Positions 35,701 through 47,489 of a stretch of DNA of 58,071 nt are shown here, piece by piece; the stretch's first letter is position 1; every line of letters starts with the position of its first letter. The stretch comes from Gracilinanus agilis (taxonomy: Eukaryota). The notes under the pieces were generated by a model. The model saw nothing but the letters and a program-made list of their open reading frames with translations, did not search any database and had not been told where the DNA came from. Both the position numbers and the translations under genes were made by a program. The stretch is taken from positions 88,863,392 to 88,921,462 of the forward strand of contig NC_058132.1 in NCBI RefSeq assembly GCF_016433145.1, given 5' to 3'.

Positions 35701-37110
35701 CCCAAAGAGCCCAACTTTTTGGACAAAAATCCTCTATTTGACAAAAACCGCTTTCAAAATTGGAAAACAATATGGAAGAGATTAAGTTTAGATCAACATC
35801 TCACACACTATACCAAGATAAATTGAGAATGGTTGAATGGCTTGAATAAAAAGAAGGAAACTATAAGTAAATTAGTTGAACACAGAGTAGTGTACTTGTG
35901 AGATCTCTGGTAAAGGAAAGATTTTAAAACCAAGCAGGAATTAGAAAAAAATTACAAAATGTAAAGTAAATAATTTTGATTACATTAAATTAAAAAGGTT
36001 TTGTCCAAATAAAAACAGTGCAACCAAAATCAGAAGGGAAACAACACACTGGGAAAAATCTTTATAACAAAAACTCTGACAGAGGTCTAATTACTCAAAT
36101 ATACAAGGAGCTAAATCAATTGTATAAAAAATCAAGCTATTCTCTAATTGATAAATGGGCAAGAGACATGAATAGGCAATTTTCAGGTAAAGAAATCAAA
36201 AGTATCAATAAGCACATGAGAAAGTGTTCTAAATCTCGAATAATTAGAGAAATGCAAATCAAAACAACTCTGAGGAATCATCTCACACCTAGAAGATTGA
36301 CTAAAATGAGAGCAGGGGAAAATAATGAATGTTGAAGCCAGGGATATGGCAAAATTGGGACATTAATGCCCTGTTGGTGGAGTTATGAACTGATCCAAAC
36401 ATTTTGGATGACAATTTGGAACTATGCCCAAAGAGTGCTAAAAGATTGCCTGCCCTTTGATCCAGCCATACCATTGCTTGGTTTGTACCCCAAAGAGATC
36501 ATAGGGAAAAAGTCATGTACAAAAATATTTATAGCCGTGCTCTTTATGGTGGCAAAAAAACTGGAAAATGAGGGTATTCTCTTCAATTGGGGAATGGCTG
36601 AAAAAATTGTGGTATATGCTGGTGATGGAATAGTACTGTATTCAAAGGAATAACGAATTGGAGGAATTCCATGTGTACTGTAATGACCTCCAGGAATTGA
36701 TGCAGAGTGAAAGGAGCAGATCCAGGAGAATATTGTACACAGAGACTGATACACTGTGGTAAAATCGAATGTAATGGACTTCTGTACTAGCAGCAATGCA
36801 ATGATCCAGGATAATTCTGAAGGTTTTATGGAAAAGAAAGCTATCCACATTCAGAGGAAGAACTACTGGAGTGGAAACACAGAAGAAAAAACAACTGCTT
36901 AAACAAAGGGTTGATGTGGACATGATTTGGGATGTAGACCCTAAATGGCCACCCTAGTGAAACTATTAATAATATGGAAACATGAAGAAACCAGTGGAAA
37001 TGTGTGTCACCTACCAGGAGTGGATGGGCTGGAGGGGGTGAAAGGGAGAGTAAGAACATGAATCATGTAACCATGGAAAATTTTTTTTGAAAAAACAAAA
37101 TAAAAAAGAA
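32781..37110 (+). mobile_element. 5'-truncated LINE-1 (spacer, disrupted ORF2, 3' UTR, A tail) with TSD
   Basis: Endonuclease (NVNGMN, CCLQETH), RT (F-A-D-D at 34838-34849) and C-terminal pieces. TSD agaaatgaa(t/c)tct at 32768-32780 and 37111-37123. About 145-bp internal deletion at about 34450 relative to the first L1. Confidence 0.96.
35317..35518 (+). mobile_element. tRNA-derived SINE (long-tail variant) inserted in L1 ORF2
   Basis: Perfect 16-bp TSD aagaatatcaagggaa at 35301-35316 and 35519-35534. Confidence 0.95.
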
Positions 37111-37599
37111 AGAAATGAACTCTGATGGAGATGACAGGCCTGAAGTTCTTTAACTGTTAAAAAAAAAACTACCCCTTCTATAAAACCAGATTCAAATGTT
37201 ATTTCCTCAGAATGACAATCTTATAATTTCAAAGGCTATCAAGACCAACATTGACCCAAACAGTTGTTTCAGTCTCTGTTGAATCAGTTAGCCTTTCTCT
37301 TCACCAAGACCAACAGTCCCGTATAACTTCTGATAGGTTATTTCTGCAATATTCATTCCTTCATCTTTCCTTTACTTGTTTGCTGTTTTGAACTTGACTA
37401 TACCAACATGAATATATACATATATAAAAGATAAAAGGCATAGATACAAATGTTGAAGATAAAAGAATAATACATATATTATGCTTATAGGCCACATAGG
37501 TCATGAATAAATATAAATAATATTTAACTACATATACACACAAATAATTGAATAGAAGAGAGAAATGGCAGTAAACCATAATAGGGAATTCTTTTTTAG

Positions 37600-40500
37600 T
37601 TCCCTATTCTTTTAGTTCTTCTTATAGTACTCTTTTTAGAAATAAATTAATCTAACAAAAATATGAATAATTAAGAAAATTAAGGATATGACTAGAATAT
37701 TAAAAAAGAAAATATAATTCTCATGCAATAACTGATTGGGAATAGAAGAAAATCAACATTTTTCAGGAATATATGAAACTAAAAATATGCTGCTAAACAC
37801 AGTGTACTTTAGAATAAAGACTACATCAGATATACAGAAAAAATCAAATGTCAAACATTTGATTTACTAATCACAGTACAATAAAATTACATTCAAAGAA
37901 GGGCCTTTCAAGAAAAAGTAAATGTATGTAATTGGTGAGTCAAAAACAGTATAAGGATATTGAATTTTTATCATAGGTATTACAAGATAAATTACAAAAA
38001 ATGGGCTATACTTAATGCAATTTTTGACAAAATTCATTAGTCTATCAACATTTATCAACAAAATATAATAAACTGAGCATACAACTAAAAAATTGGAAAA
38101 AATAAATCAACACCCTCAACAACAAATCCTGAAAACAAATAAAAGCTTAACCAAATTGAAAGTGGAGAAAATCATTAAATTGCTCAACAAAATAAGAACT
38201 GAAATTTAAATTAGTAGAACAAATAATGATAAGGCAAATCTGCCTTTTACAAAAGTGATAAAATCAAACTTTTTAAAAAAAATGCCAAATTAGAATTTAC
38301 AAATTTAAAAAAATATACATATATCAATGCACAAACTAATTGGAAATTCATAAAATAACATGCATGAAGGGGAAAATAGAATCCCTTGACTAGATTTAAA
38401 AGTGTATTATTTAAAGCATTCAAAGAACACTCAATTCTAATATCACTTTTTTGAAAAATAAAAAAGAGATAATTCTGTAATCATTTTATGACAAAATTTG
38501 GTCTTCTTATCTTAAAAAAGAAATACAAAGCATAGAAACAAATATATAGATGAATTTTATTGCTGTTGTTTAGTCCTTTACCCCTCCAACTCTTCATGAC
38601 CTCTTTGTACATTTTCTTGGCAGATACTGGAGTGGTTTGCAATTTCTTTCTCCATCTTGCTTTACTTTTGAGAGGTAAACAGGTAAAACTGAGGCAAACA
38701 AGATTGATGATTTTTCCAGAGTCTATAAGTGTCTGAGGCCATATGAGAATTCAGTAAGATGAGTTTTCTTGATGAGATCCAGTGCTCTATCCACTGTGCA
38801 ACTTAGCTGCCCATAGTAATAAAGATTCTTCCTTAACATAGTAAATGATAACTATAAAACCATGAGAAAAATATTATATGTAATAGAGATAATTTTGAGT
38901 TTTGTGCAACAAAATCAAAGTTAAAAAAAGATGAACATTTTTGCATTTACTGCAACAAGTGCTTGAAATTTTATCAAAAATGATGTCATGAAAAAGAAAA
39001 GGAAGAACTCAAAACAAAAAAGGAAAATGAATATTTCTCTTATTTTGCAGATGTTATTATGGTCTTTTAGAATCTATAAGCTGATTGTTTTTTAATATTT
39101 TTAAAATCATATTTCAAATAATGAGCTTAAATTTTAATTCTGGATATTATAACATATGCATTAAAATAAAGGAAACATTACTCTGAGAAGGTGTCCAAAT
39201 GATTTGCCGGTTTACCACAGCAATACATGACATGAAAACTTGAGGCTTTGAGTTAGGCAGTTAATTAAAGTAGTTAACTAAAAATGAATCAAAGCAGTAA
39301 AATTAGCAACAGTTAATTACATAAATCCATACAAAGCTTTAGTATATAATTTCAATTCACAAAATAATTATTGTATATTATCAACAAAATTCTGCAGGGA
39401 GAAATAGAAAATACAATTCCATTCAAAATATTTAAAGATCATATAAAGTACTTGGAACTCTGTTTCAAAGATAAAACTCAGAACTATACAAAAAATTAGA
39501 AAACACTCTATAAAGTAATAAAGTCAGCCTAAAAACTTAGAAAAAAAATCATCACTCAAGGATGTCAAAATAAAATGCCCCATACTGCCTAATTAATTTA
39601 TTATTTAGTTCTTCCTGATCATACTATCATATATTTAAGAGAACTGAAAAATAATAACAGCATTCATTGGCAATAATAAAAAGTTAATAATCTCAAGAAA
39701 AATAATAAAAAAGGCAGAAAGAATAGCAGGGGCCAATAATACTAGTTTACTTTAAAAGACTAATTTTCAAGACTATTTGGCATCAGTTAACAATAAAGAA
39801 ATTAATATCTGAAACATAATATACAGAAATTAATATTTTTTATGTTTGGTAAATTCAAATTCCCAGCATAATTAGGTAAAGACTCACTACTCTTGCAATA
39901 ACTGGAATGAAGTCTAAAGGAAAATTTGGTACAGAACATTTCAGGATATAAAGAAGATTAGCACCAAATGCATAGATTACTTAAACATTAAGGATGACAT
40001 AATAAGCAAATAAGAAAGGCAAAATAAAATACCTTTTGGTTATATAGATAGGGAAAGAGTTCATGGAACATAAGAGACATAGAATCAAAAAAGAAAAAAA
40101 TGAACAATTTTCATTACGTATCTTTTAATTGCACAAATGAAACTAATGCATTCAATTTGGGAAAACGACTGGACAAAATCTTGGAATAAGTCTATCTGAT
40201 AAAGACCTAATTTCCTAGATACGAAAAGTGATACATATTTCCAAGAAAAAATAATCATTCACCAGTGGATAGATGGTGAAAAAATATAAAGAAGCACATT
40301 TTAAAATTAAAAAGGAAAAAAATAGCAATTAAAAATCATTTGAAGTATTTAAATTAATTATAATCAGAGAAATACACATTAACAGACCTCTGAAATAATA
40401 CTTTGTACTTATTAATTATGTAGTGATAAAAAAGAAAATCACAACCTTAAGAAGACATGTGGGAAAACAAGCATACTAGTCTGTAGGTAAAGCCATGAAT

Positions 40501-40660
40501 TGATCTATCCATTCAGGAAAAGGATTTAGAATTAGATCTCACAAGTCATTTAATTATATATACCTTTTGATTCTGAGATACAACGCCTGAGGCTATGCCC
40601 AAAATGAATGAAATGAAGAGGAAAAGGACTCACATGGACAAAAATATAATATAGATCAAA
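37600..40660 (+). mobile_element. Ancient, highly decayed LINE-1 ORF2
   Basis: Collinear L1-like landmarks: tcacagtacaataaaatt, tttgcagatgttattatggtc (39044, FADD region), attccattcaaaata, ccagtggatagatgg. Confidence 0.75.
38555..38812 (-). mobile_element. MAR1-type SINE within the ancient L1
   Basis: ttcttggcagatactggagtggtttgc...actgaggcaaac...gtgtctgaggcc...ctatccactgtgcaacttagctgccc. Confidence 0.85.
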
Positions 40661-41084
40661 ACATTCCTCTCCTAGCCCATAAACTACCTTCTTATCCCTT
40701 GGAACATACTCATCTTGAAAAGTAGAGAATAGTCACTTAACCTTTGGAGTTGAACTACATAGGAAATAGCCCACATCTACTATCTCCTTCTCTGAAACAT
40801 GAATTCATCATCAAAATGCAATTTGATAAGATACCCACATCATTCATGCTAACTCTAAATCTGGTACAGGTCACGACTCACTAGACAGTTCTAGTCCCCT
40901 CTTGAAACTAGTATTTCTCTAATTGATCTAGACCTGCAGCATATCTAAACTTTTTTTTTTTACATGTAGTCTGCCTTCCTTAGTCTAAGCTCCTTGAGAA
41001 TGACTGTCTTGAAGGTTGCTTGTATTTTTATTCCCAATACTTAGCACAGTACTTGACACATAGTAAATACTTATTAAAGGGTCT

Positions 41085-41180
41085 ATCTATGTATCTATGT
41101 ATGTATCTATGTATTTATGTATCTGTATCTATGTATCTTTTTATGTATCTATCTATTTATCTGTCTCTATAATCTATTTA
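41085..41180. repeat. (TATC/TATG)n microsatellite after an L2 3' end
   Basis: tctatctatgtatctatgtatgtatctatg...; cttagcacagtacttgacacatagtaaatac at about 41040. Confidence 0.8.
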
Positions 41181-41649
41181 TCAATTCTTCCTAGAAGATT
41201 CAAATTCATTATGACATTATATCACATTTGTATCAGTTTTCAAATAAATGCTTGTACTAGAATCCAAGTTGAAGACAGATTCATTATATAAGAGGAAAAC
41301 TTTCACATATTCCTCTTTGTGTATGACATTTTTCTGACACAAATAAATAGAAACAAAATACTTCAAATGCTCCCCAAACAAATTTCAAAATAATGCAAAA
41401 GAATTTAGATTAAATATTCATGCAGTAAAACCAGATGTATGAAAGATGAATATTTCAATTACATTATATATTAAATGGATTATTTTTATAGATTGTGTAG
41501 CCTATATGTATGTATACACATTTATGCTATATATACTATTGTAGGTGTATTATATATTTGCTTACATATTTGTTTGTGTGTATATACAAATATATATACA
41601 TATATTTTTGCATATTAAAAGTAATCATACAATAAAATGATATCAGAAT

Positions 41650-42000
41650 TAACTAAAAAGAAGAAAGCAAGCAGAATTGAATTTTAGAAATGGTAAATTT
41701 CTTTTAATAACAATAATGCTATAAAGAAATGTTCCTCTTTTTATTATCAATTTTCTTCCAGTGATTCCATATAACAATGAATCATGGAACACTACAGCTC
41801 TGAAGAAATAAAGTTGTAGGCCGTCAAAGGGACTATGTATAGTCATGTGGGGTCATGATGGAAATGACAATGTACCATTCTTAATCAAATCTGTTATTTT
41901 TAGGAAAAGCAATATGAACGATATAATCAATGAAATGTATTTAAAAAAAGATGTATTCGTCATGTGGTTAGAGTAAGAAATAACACTGGAAAGTCAATAT
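41650..42000 (+). mobile_element. RTE-clade LINE fragment
   Basis: cttccagtgattccatataacaatgaatcatggaacactaca resembles a decayed LPV..YGCESW segment; gtcatgtggttagagtaaga lies downstream. Confidence 0.45.
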
Positions 42001-43321
42001 GTTCAAATTATATCTTAAAATTATCAAGATAATTAAGTGAAGATATCATATTTTTAATTGAAATCTTTGCTGAACTTATGATAGTATATGTTCAAGAGTT
42101 CAATAGTATAGCCATTAATTTATGAGCTGTCCAAAGCATACCCCCTTGTAGAGAAAGTACTCATGGTTATGAACAAGGTTCCATTGAAGTACTTTAATAT
42201 ACCAATGCTTGGTTTTCTGGGTATATCAACTGATTTATCATTGCTCTGTTTGCTGTCATCATATTTATTACAATCACTATCTTAACCAACATCAACACCA
42301 GCATCAACATCATCATCATCTCAGTTTTTAGCATCACAAACATTATCATCAACATCTCACATCTGGCATATTGAATTGAAAGGCTATATGGCAGAGCATA
42401 TAGACTACTAACATTGGAGTCTAGAAACTGTGGAATTAAATCCTACACCAGACACTAGATGTCTGACTGGCTCAGTCTGGCCTTCAGTTTTCATACTAGA
42501 GATTGAAGGGATTTGACTCAATGACCTTAAAAGTCTCTGTCAACTCCACATCTGCCACCAGAAAATATATGATCCTATGCACATCAACATAATCAACCCT
42601 TTCATCATCATCAATAAAATGATCATCATAATTTCTTGCATCAGCATTGTTTTTATCTCTCTTATCATCACGAAACTGATATGGAAGGAGAGGGAGAATT
42701 AAAGGACTTGAATTTTGAATGAGGAGATATCCTCTCAACTGACATGGAGCCAGTTTCTGGAACGCTGGCCTTTACCCCCATAACTGCCCTTATTCACTTG
42801 TGCGTCTGAGGAAAGGGGAAATAACACAATATGTTTTGATTTGGGGTTTTATAACATAATTGGAACTCAAAAGTTGTTTGCAAGAGCATAGTTACCAGTA
42901 GTGTGTCTGTAAAATACAGAAATATTTTTCACAATCATCTTCTTTGATAGTTTGTTCCTATCAGAATGTTGTATTCCCCGACAGTTATCCCAAAAATATT
43001 TTTTTCACTTATAAGCAAGTATACTATTGACTTTTGAGGACCATTACTCTCAGCTATTAGAAATAGGGCACATAACTAGATCTGTCCAACCATGGAAATC
43101 AGGAAAAGGCAAATTAAGTTTTCCCTCAAGGGGGAAATTAAAGATATCTCTTTCTTTTTTTGTAATCATTATGCTCCCCATTACTGATTAGATGGTTTTA
43201 CTTGAAGATATCAGTGTTTTAATCTTATTCCCTTATTTCTTATTCCCCAAATCTTTTCAAAGCATGTAAACAGGGTTATGATGACATGCAATGTTAATTT
43301 CTTACTATAGGAAATAATCCT

Positions 43322-44266
43322 TCAGGCCTTTAGGGGATTAAAGACTTTGAGGATTCTCTCTCGGATTCTCTTTGTCCTTACCCCATAGATAATAGGATTT
43401 ACCATAGGTGGAACCAGCAGGTAGATGTTAGCCACAAAAATGTGGACATGAGGAGCAACATGGTGTCCAAATCTGTGTGTGAGGAATGAGAAAAAGGCTG
43501 GGGTGTAGGAAACTAATATGACACAAACATGAGATCCACAGGTCCCCAGGGTTTTGAGACGTGCATCCTTAGAAGGCAGCTGGAAGACAGTATGGAGAAT
43601 GAAAATGTAGGAACAGATGATTAGTATGAAATCCAGTCCTCCAGTAAGGAATGCAACAATTAGGCTATAAGCTCTCCGTATTCTAGTCTCTGCACAGGCC
43701 AGCTTGATCAAGGCCATAAACTCACAGTAGGTATGAGAGATGATATTAGTTTTACAGTAGGGAAGCCATCTGAGTAGAAAGGGGTGAGGACTAAGTAGCA
43801 CAGCTCCACGGAAAATAATAGCCAACCCCATGCTCCCAATGACTGTGTGGGTCAGGATTGCCGAATGTCTAAGAGGTTTACATATGGCCACATAGCGGTC
43901 AAAGGCCATGGCCAGAAAGAAACCAGATTCCATTGTGGAGCAGGAATGAATCAAAAATACTTGTGTGAGGCAAGCTTCAAACCGGATTTCCCTGTCTCTG
44001 AACCAGAAGAGGCTGAGAAGCTTGGGTATAGCAGTGGTACACACAATCAGGTCTGCCACAGCCAACATGCACAGGAAGAGGTACATGGGCTCATGAAGGC
44101 TTGGGTCAGTTTTGATGATAAAAAGCAAGGCAAAGTTTCCCAGTAGAGCCAATATGTACACCAGGCAGAAAGGGATGGAAATCCAGATGTGAGCCGTCTC
44201 TAGTCCTGGAATTCCAATAAGAATGAAAGTGGAAGGATGAAGATTGGTCTTGTTAGAGAATGTCAT
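43322..44266 (-). CDS. Class I olfactory receptor, OR52 family, intact (314 aa from the ATG at 44266)
   Basis: LHEPMYLFL, MAFDRYVAICKPLRH, SHTYCEFM, KTLGTCGSH, HRFGHH, PPMVNPIIYGVRT, and an NKT sequon. The track start at 44293 is TTG, so the real start is Met10. Acceptor-like ttcttcttgatcttcttcaaAG at 44310-44309. Confidence 0.96.
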   Translation of the reverse strand: MTFSNKTNLHPSTFILIGIPGLETAHIWISIPFCLVYILALLGNFALLFIIKTDPSLHEPMYLFLCMLAVADLIVCTTAIPKLLSLFWFRDREIRFEACLTQVFLIHSCSTMESGFFLAMAFDRYVAICKPLRHSAILTHTVIGSMGLAIIFRGAVLLSPHPFLLRWLPYCKTNIISHTYCEFMALIKLACAETRIRRAYSLIVAFLTGGLDFILIICSYIFILHTVFQLPSKDARLKTLGTCGSHVCVILVSYTPAFFSFLTHRFGHHVAPHVHIFVANIYLLVPPMVNPIIYGVRTKRIRERILKVFNPLKA

Positions 44267-44744
44267 GTTTCTGACTGTCAATGTATGAGACAATGGATAT
44301 TTTTGAACCTTTGAAGAAGATCAAGAAGAAACCAAGTTAACAAATGTAATCAGCTTAAATTATCAAAACCTCAAATGAAAAAAGTAAAGCTAGAATTCAC
44401 AGGCCACTGAGATTATCTTTTTTATCTCATAAGTCCGAGAAGTCCCTTGAATTTCAGTGAGTATCTGTAAGCCTTTCTGTCCATAACACTTTGCCTCATC
44501 TGAGTACTGCTCCAGATCTCTCCATGGCCACTTATGACATCATGCTGTTTTAACAAAGCTAGAGTACCTAGAATTTGGGAAAGTGTTTTAGAGGCTGATA
44601 TCATGTGGACCTGACAACTCTGCATGTGCAATGAATACATGCTGTGTGAGGCAGCCTAACATCTGGATGTCTGTTGTACTTCTTTACTAATGAGAAAAAT
44701 TCTGTCTTTGGATACTGCTAGATAAAAATCACAGATTTCTTGCT

Positions 44745-45526
44745 TGTAGCGTATGGTACTATAAGAATCAGACAAAGCTCAGCAAAGGAGAGGTGGGTCC
44801 TATAAGGATAATATTATAAAATAAGTATTGTTTTATTGGATGCTGGCTTGAGAAAGATTTGGAGTTTCAAACAGAGCTGAGTCGGAGTATCAGTTTCAAA
44901 TCTAACAGTTTTTCTCTGGTAGTTGGCAGAGCCACACAAAAGGACTCTCTCAGGGCTGGAGGAGGTAATATTTTTTGCTTCTCTCTCTCTCTCTGTCTGA
45001 GGGAAAGCCTTGAAGGACCACAGTGTTTTCTTTTTCTAACTTGGGAAACAGTAGTGACTATCTATTGCAGTTTTTATAGAGTGATTTAACTCTGAGAAGA
45101 CCAAAACAAATCAAGGTCTTTGGTTTGGACTCTGAGTCTGTTAGGGCTCAGAGGGCTAACTTCATTATTATTGAGACTCAAAAAGCTAGCCTTTGTTATT
45201 TTTATAACTTGGAGGCGAAGTTAAGAATTATAAGGGTAATAGTTGTAATTTTATTTAGAATAGTATAAATTTGGGTTGGTCAGATCAGGAAGGATTAGTG
45301 TAGCCTGTGAAACACAGGAGAAGCAGTTCCTTGCGGAACCAGGGAATTTTATTTGAGTGGAGTTAGAATCCTTTGGAGTTAGATATCCTTTTTATCCTTA
45401 TATATTTAGATAAATATCTTATTTTTTATAACAAAAGTCTCTTTAGCGTCCTTGCACCTGGCCCTGAAGGGAAGTTCAACTATCAGCTTCACTTCACTTT
45501 ATCACTGAAGGTACTTTTGATTACAT
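44745..45526 (+). mobile_element. Solo-LTR-like element
   Basis: LTR-like texture ending in ttttgattaca at 45526. Left end approximate; no TSD confirmed. Confidence 0.45.
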
Positions 45527-45729
45527 CTATCAAAAGTATCTGAACAGTTTTGAACCTTTATTAGCATAGTTTTCATCAGTTTATTTTTACAGCTCAGAGA
45601 ATATTGAAGTGTAGTTGAAAGTCTTGTGCCACTGCCCCTACATCTCAGTACCTTCAGGATCAATGCATTATATAGCAATGCTATTAAGGACCCATTATTT
45701 CTTGTTGTTCGGTTATGTCCAACTCCTTT

Positions 45730-45882
45730 TCTACTTCATTTTATAGATGACAAAATGAGGCAAAGTGACTTGCCCAAACACACACAGCTACTAAGTGTCT
45801 GTGACCAGATTTGATCTAAGGGAGGCAAAATACTTTTGAATTCTCTCCTAGTATTCTATCCACTGCACCAATTAGCTGCCCT
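45730..45882 (-). mobile_element. MAR1/MIR-type SINE
   Basis: cattttatagatgacaaaatgaggc...gtgacttgcccaaa...ctatccactgcaccaattagctgccc. Confidence 0.75.
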
Positions 45883-47489
45883 TTCACTACATGGGTCTAA
45901 TTGAGGAGCAACTCCATACCTGTGACAATCTGAAAGCTAGCATAGCCCAGGATTTACCTATTTGGTATGAGGAAATTATTTATCAAATCAACAGAGAAAA
46001 TATGTTCTGGATACAGCCCAGAACAATAATATTCAAGTGAATATCAGACATATTTAATGCCTGTTTGAAGAAGCCATGATCCAGCCAAATCTGCTCATTG
46101 GCATTCCCACTGAGCATAAGTTAGACAAGAATATAAAGTCAACAAGCCCATTCAGTCCCAAGGTTATAAAGAAACTGTGGACAAAGCCATGGAGACTGAG
46201 GCAAGGCCAAGAAAAAGATGGCTTCCCACATAAGCAAATAGGAGCTTCTCCTTTCTGTTGTCCCTGTCCCTACCACATATTACCAGTCTGCAACCATAAA
46301 CTGATCATGGCCTTGGGGATTAGAATATAATAGCTATAAATGGAAGATTCATGTTTCCCCAATGAGTTTCTCTCTTATTCCCTTTTCCCAGAAACATATT
46401 AGCTAAATTACTTTTTTGTGGTCTGGTACAATAAGGAACTGACTGGGGTTTGGAAATGAGGATATGATAAAAAGTATCCAGTGTAGGGAAGACAAAAAAA
46501 AATCAAGAAGGGCAATTGTGCCAATTATTCCTGTGAGTCACTTCTCCAAGGTGACTGTTATCAATTCAATTCAATTGAGAAAATAATTCAAGTAACTAAA
46601 TAAAAAATTAAATGAATGTTAAAATAAATAATATTTTTTATAAAGGAAAGGAACTGAAATTACAATTTGACACATAATAAAAGCATTCTTTTAATCATTA
46701 TTATTTCCTTCTTACTAAAGGAATTATTTCTGGTAGTTTGGGAATATATACTATTTTATTGATTCATTGACATTACGTCCATAAAATTTCTTTCTCCTAA
46801 ATTGTAGTTTCTGGCCTCTGTGTACAATGAAATTTTACCATCTAGTAGTCTTCAGAGATCTCAAGTCACTCTAGACACTCTTTGTACTGAAATTTTAATA
46901 AGGAGGTTGTTCTGATATAGTTCAGCATAAGATTACTACAGAGGTAGACTGTAATAATCATTACCTCCTAATTAATCTCTTTCTGCTTCTAGGGAGCTCT
47001 GATATTTTGTCTTTCCTTTTATGAATATGAAATTTACCTCTCTCTGACCAAGTGAAAAGAATTAGCAATGAATTACATGAACTGGGGATTAAACTATAAT
47101 GAGTCAAATTTAGCTTACATATATTCATAATTGAAATATGACAGTAGATATATACATTTTCTACAAAGGAATTGATTAGCTGAAAAATGTAGGGCTACAG
47201 ATAAATAATATCCTAGCAATATTCAACAGAAAAAGACATCTGTATGGAAAGCTATGAAACACAGAGATGAGAGACATTGGTAGAAAATATTTGACTGAGG
47301 ACTAATAAAAGAAGGAATGGAAATCATATTGGGGTAGAAAAACAGTAACGACATGAGTTGGAAGACTATGATAAATTTCAAAGGCAATTTGCAAAGCTAA
47401 CACAAGGGCAAGATACCATATAAATAAATTTCAACTAGATTAACAATGGATAGATATCTTTCTTTTCTAAAAAAATAGGGAAGCTGGAA

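Noticed and set aside
42280-42740. Asp-rich 80-aa minus-strand ORF and (CAT)n-like tracts
   Set aside because: Low-complexity ATC/CAT repeat produces the composition; no evidence of coding.
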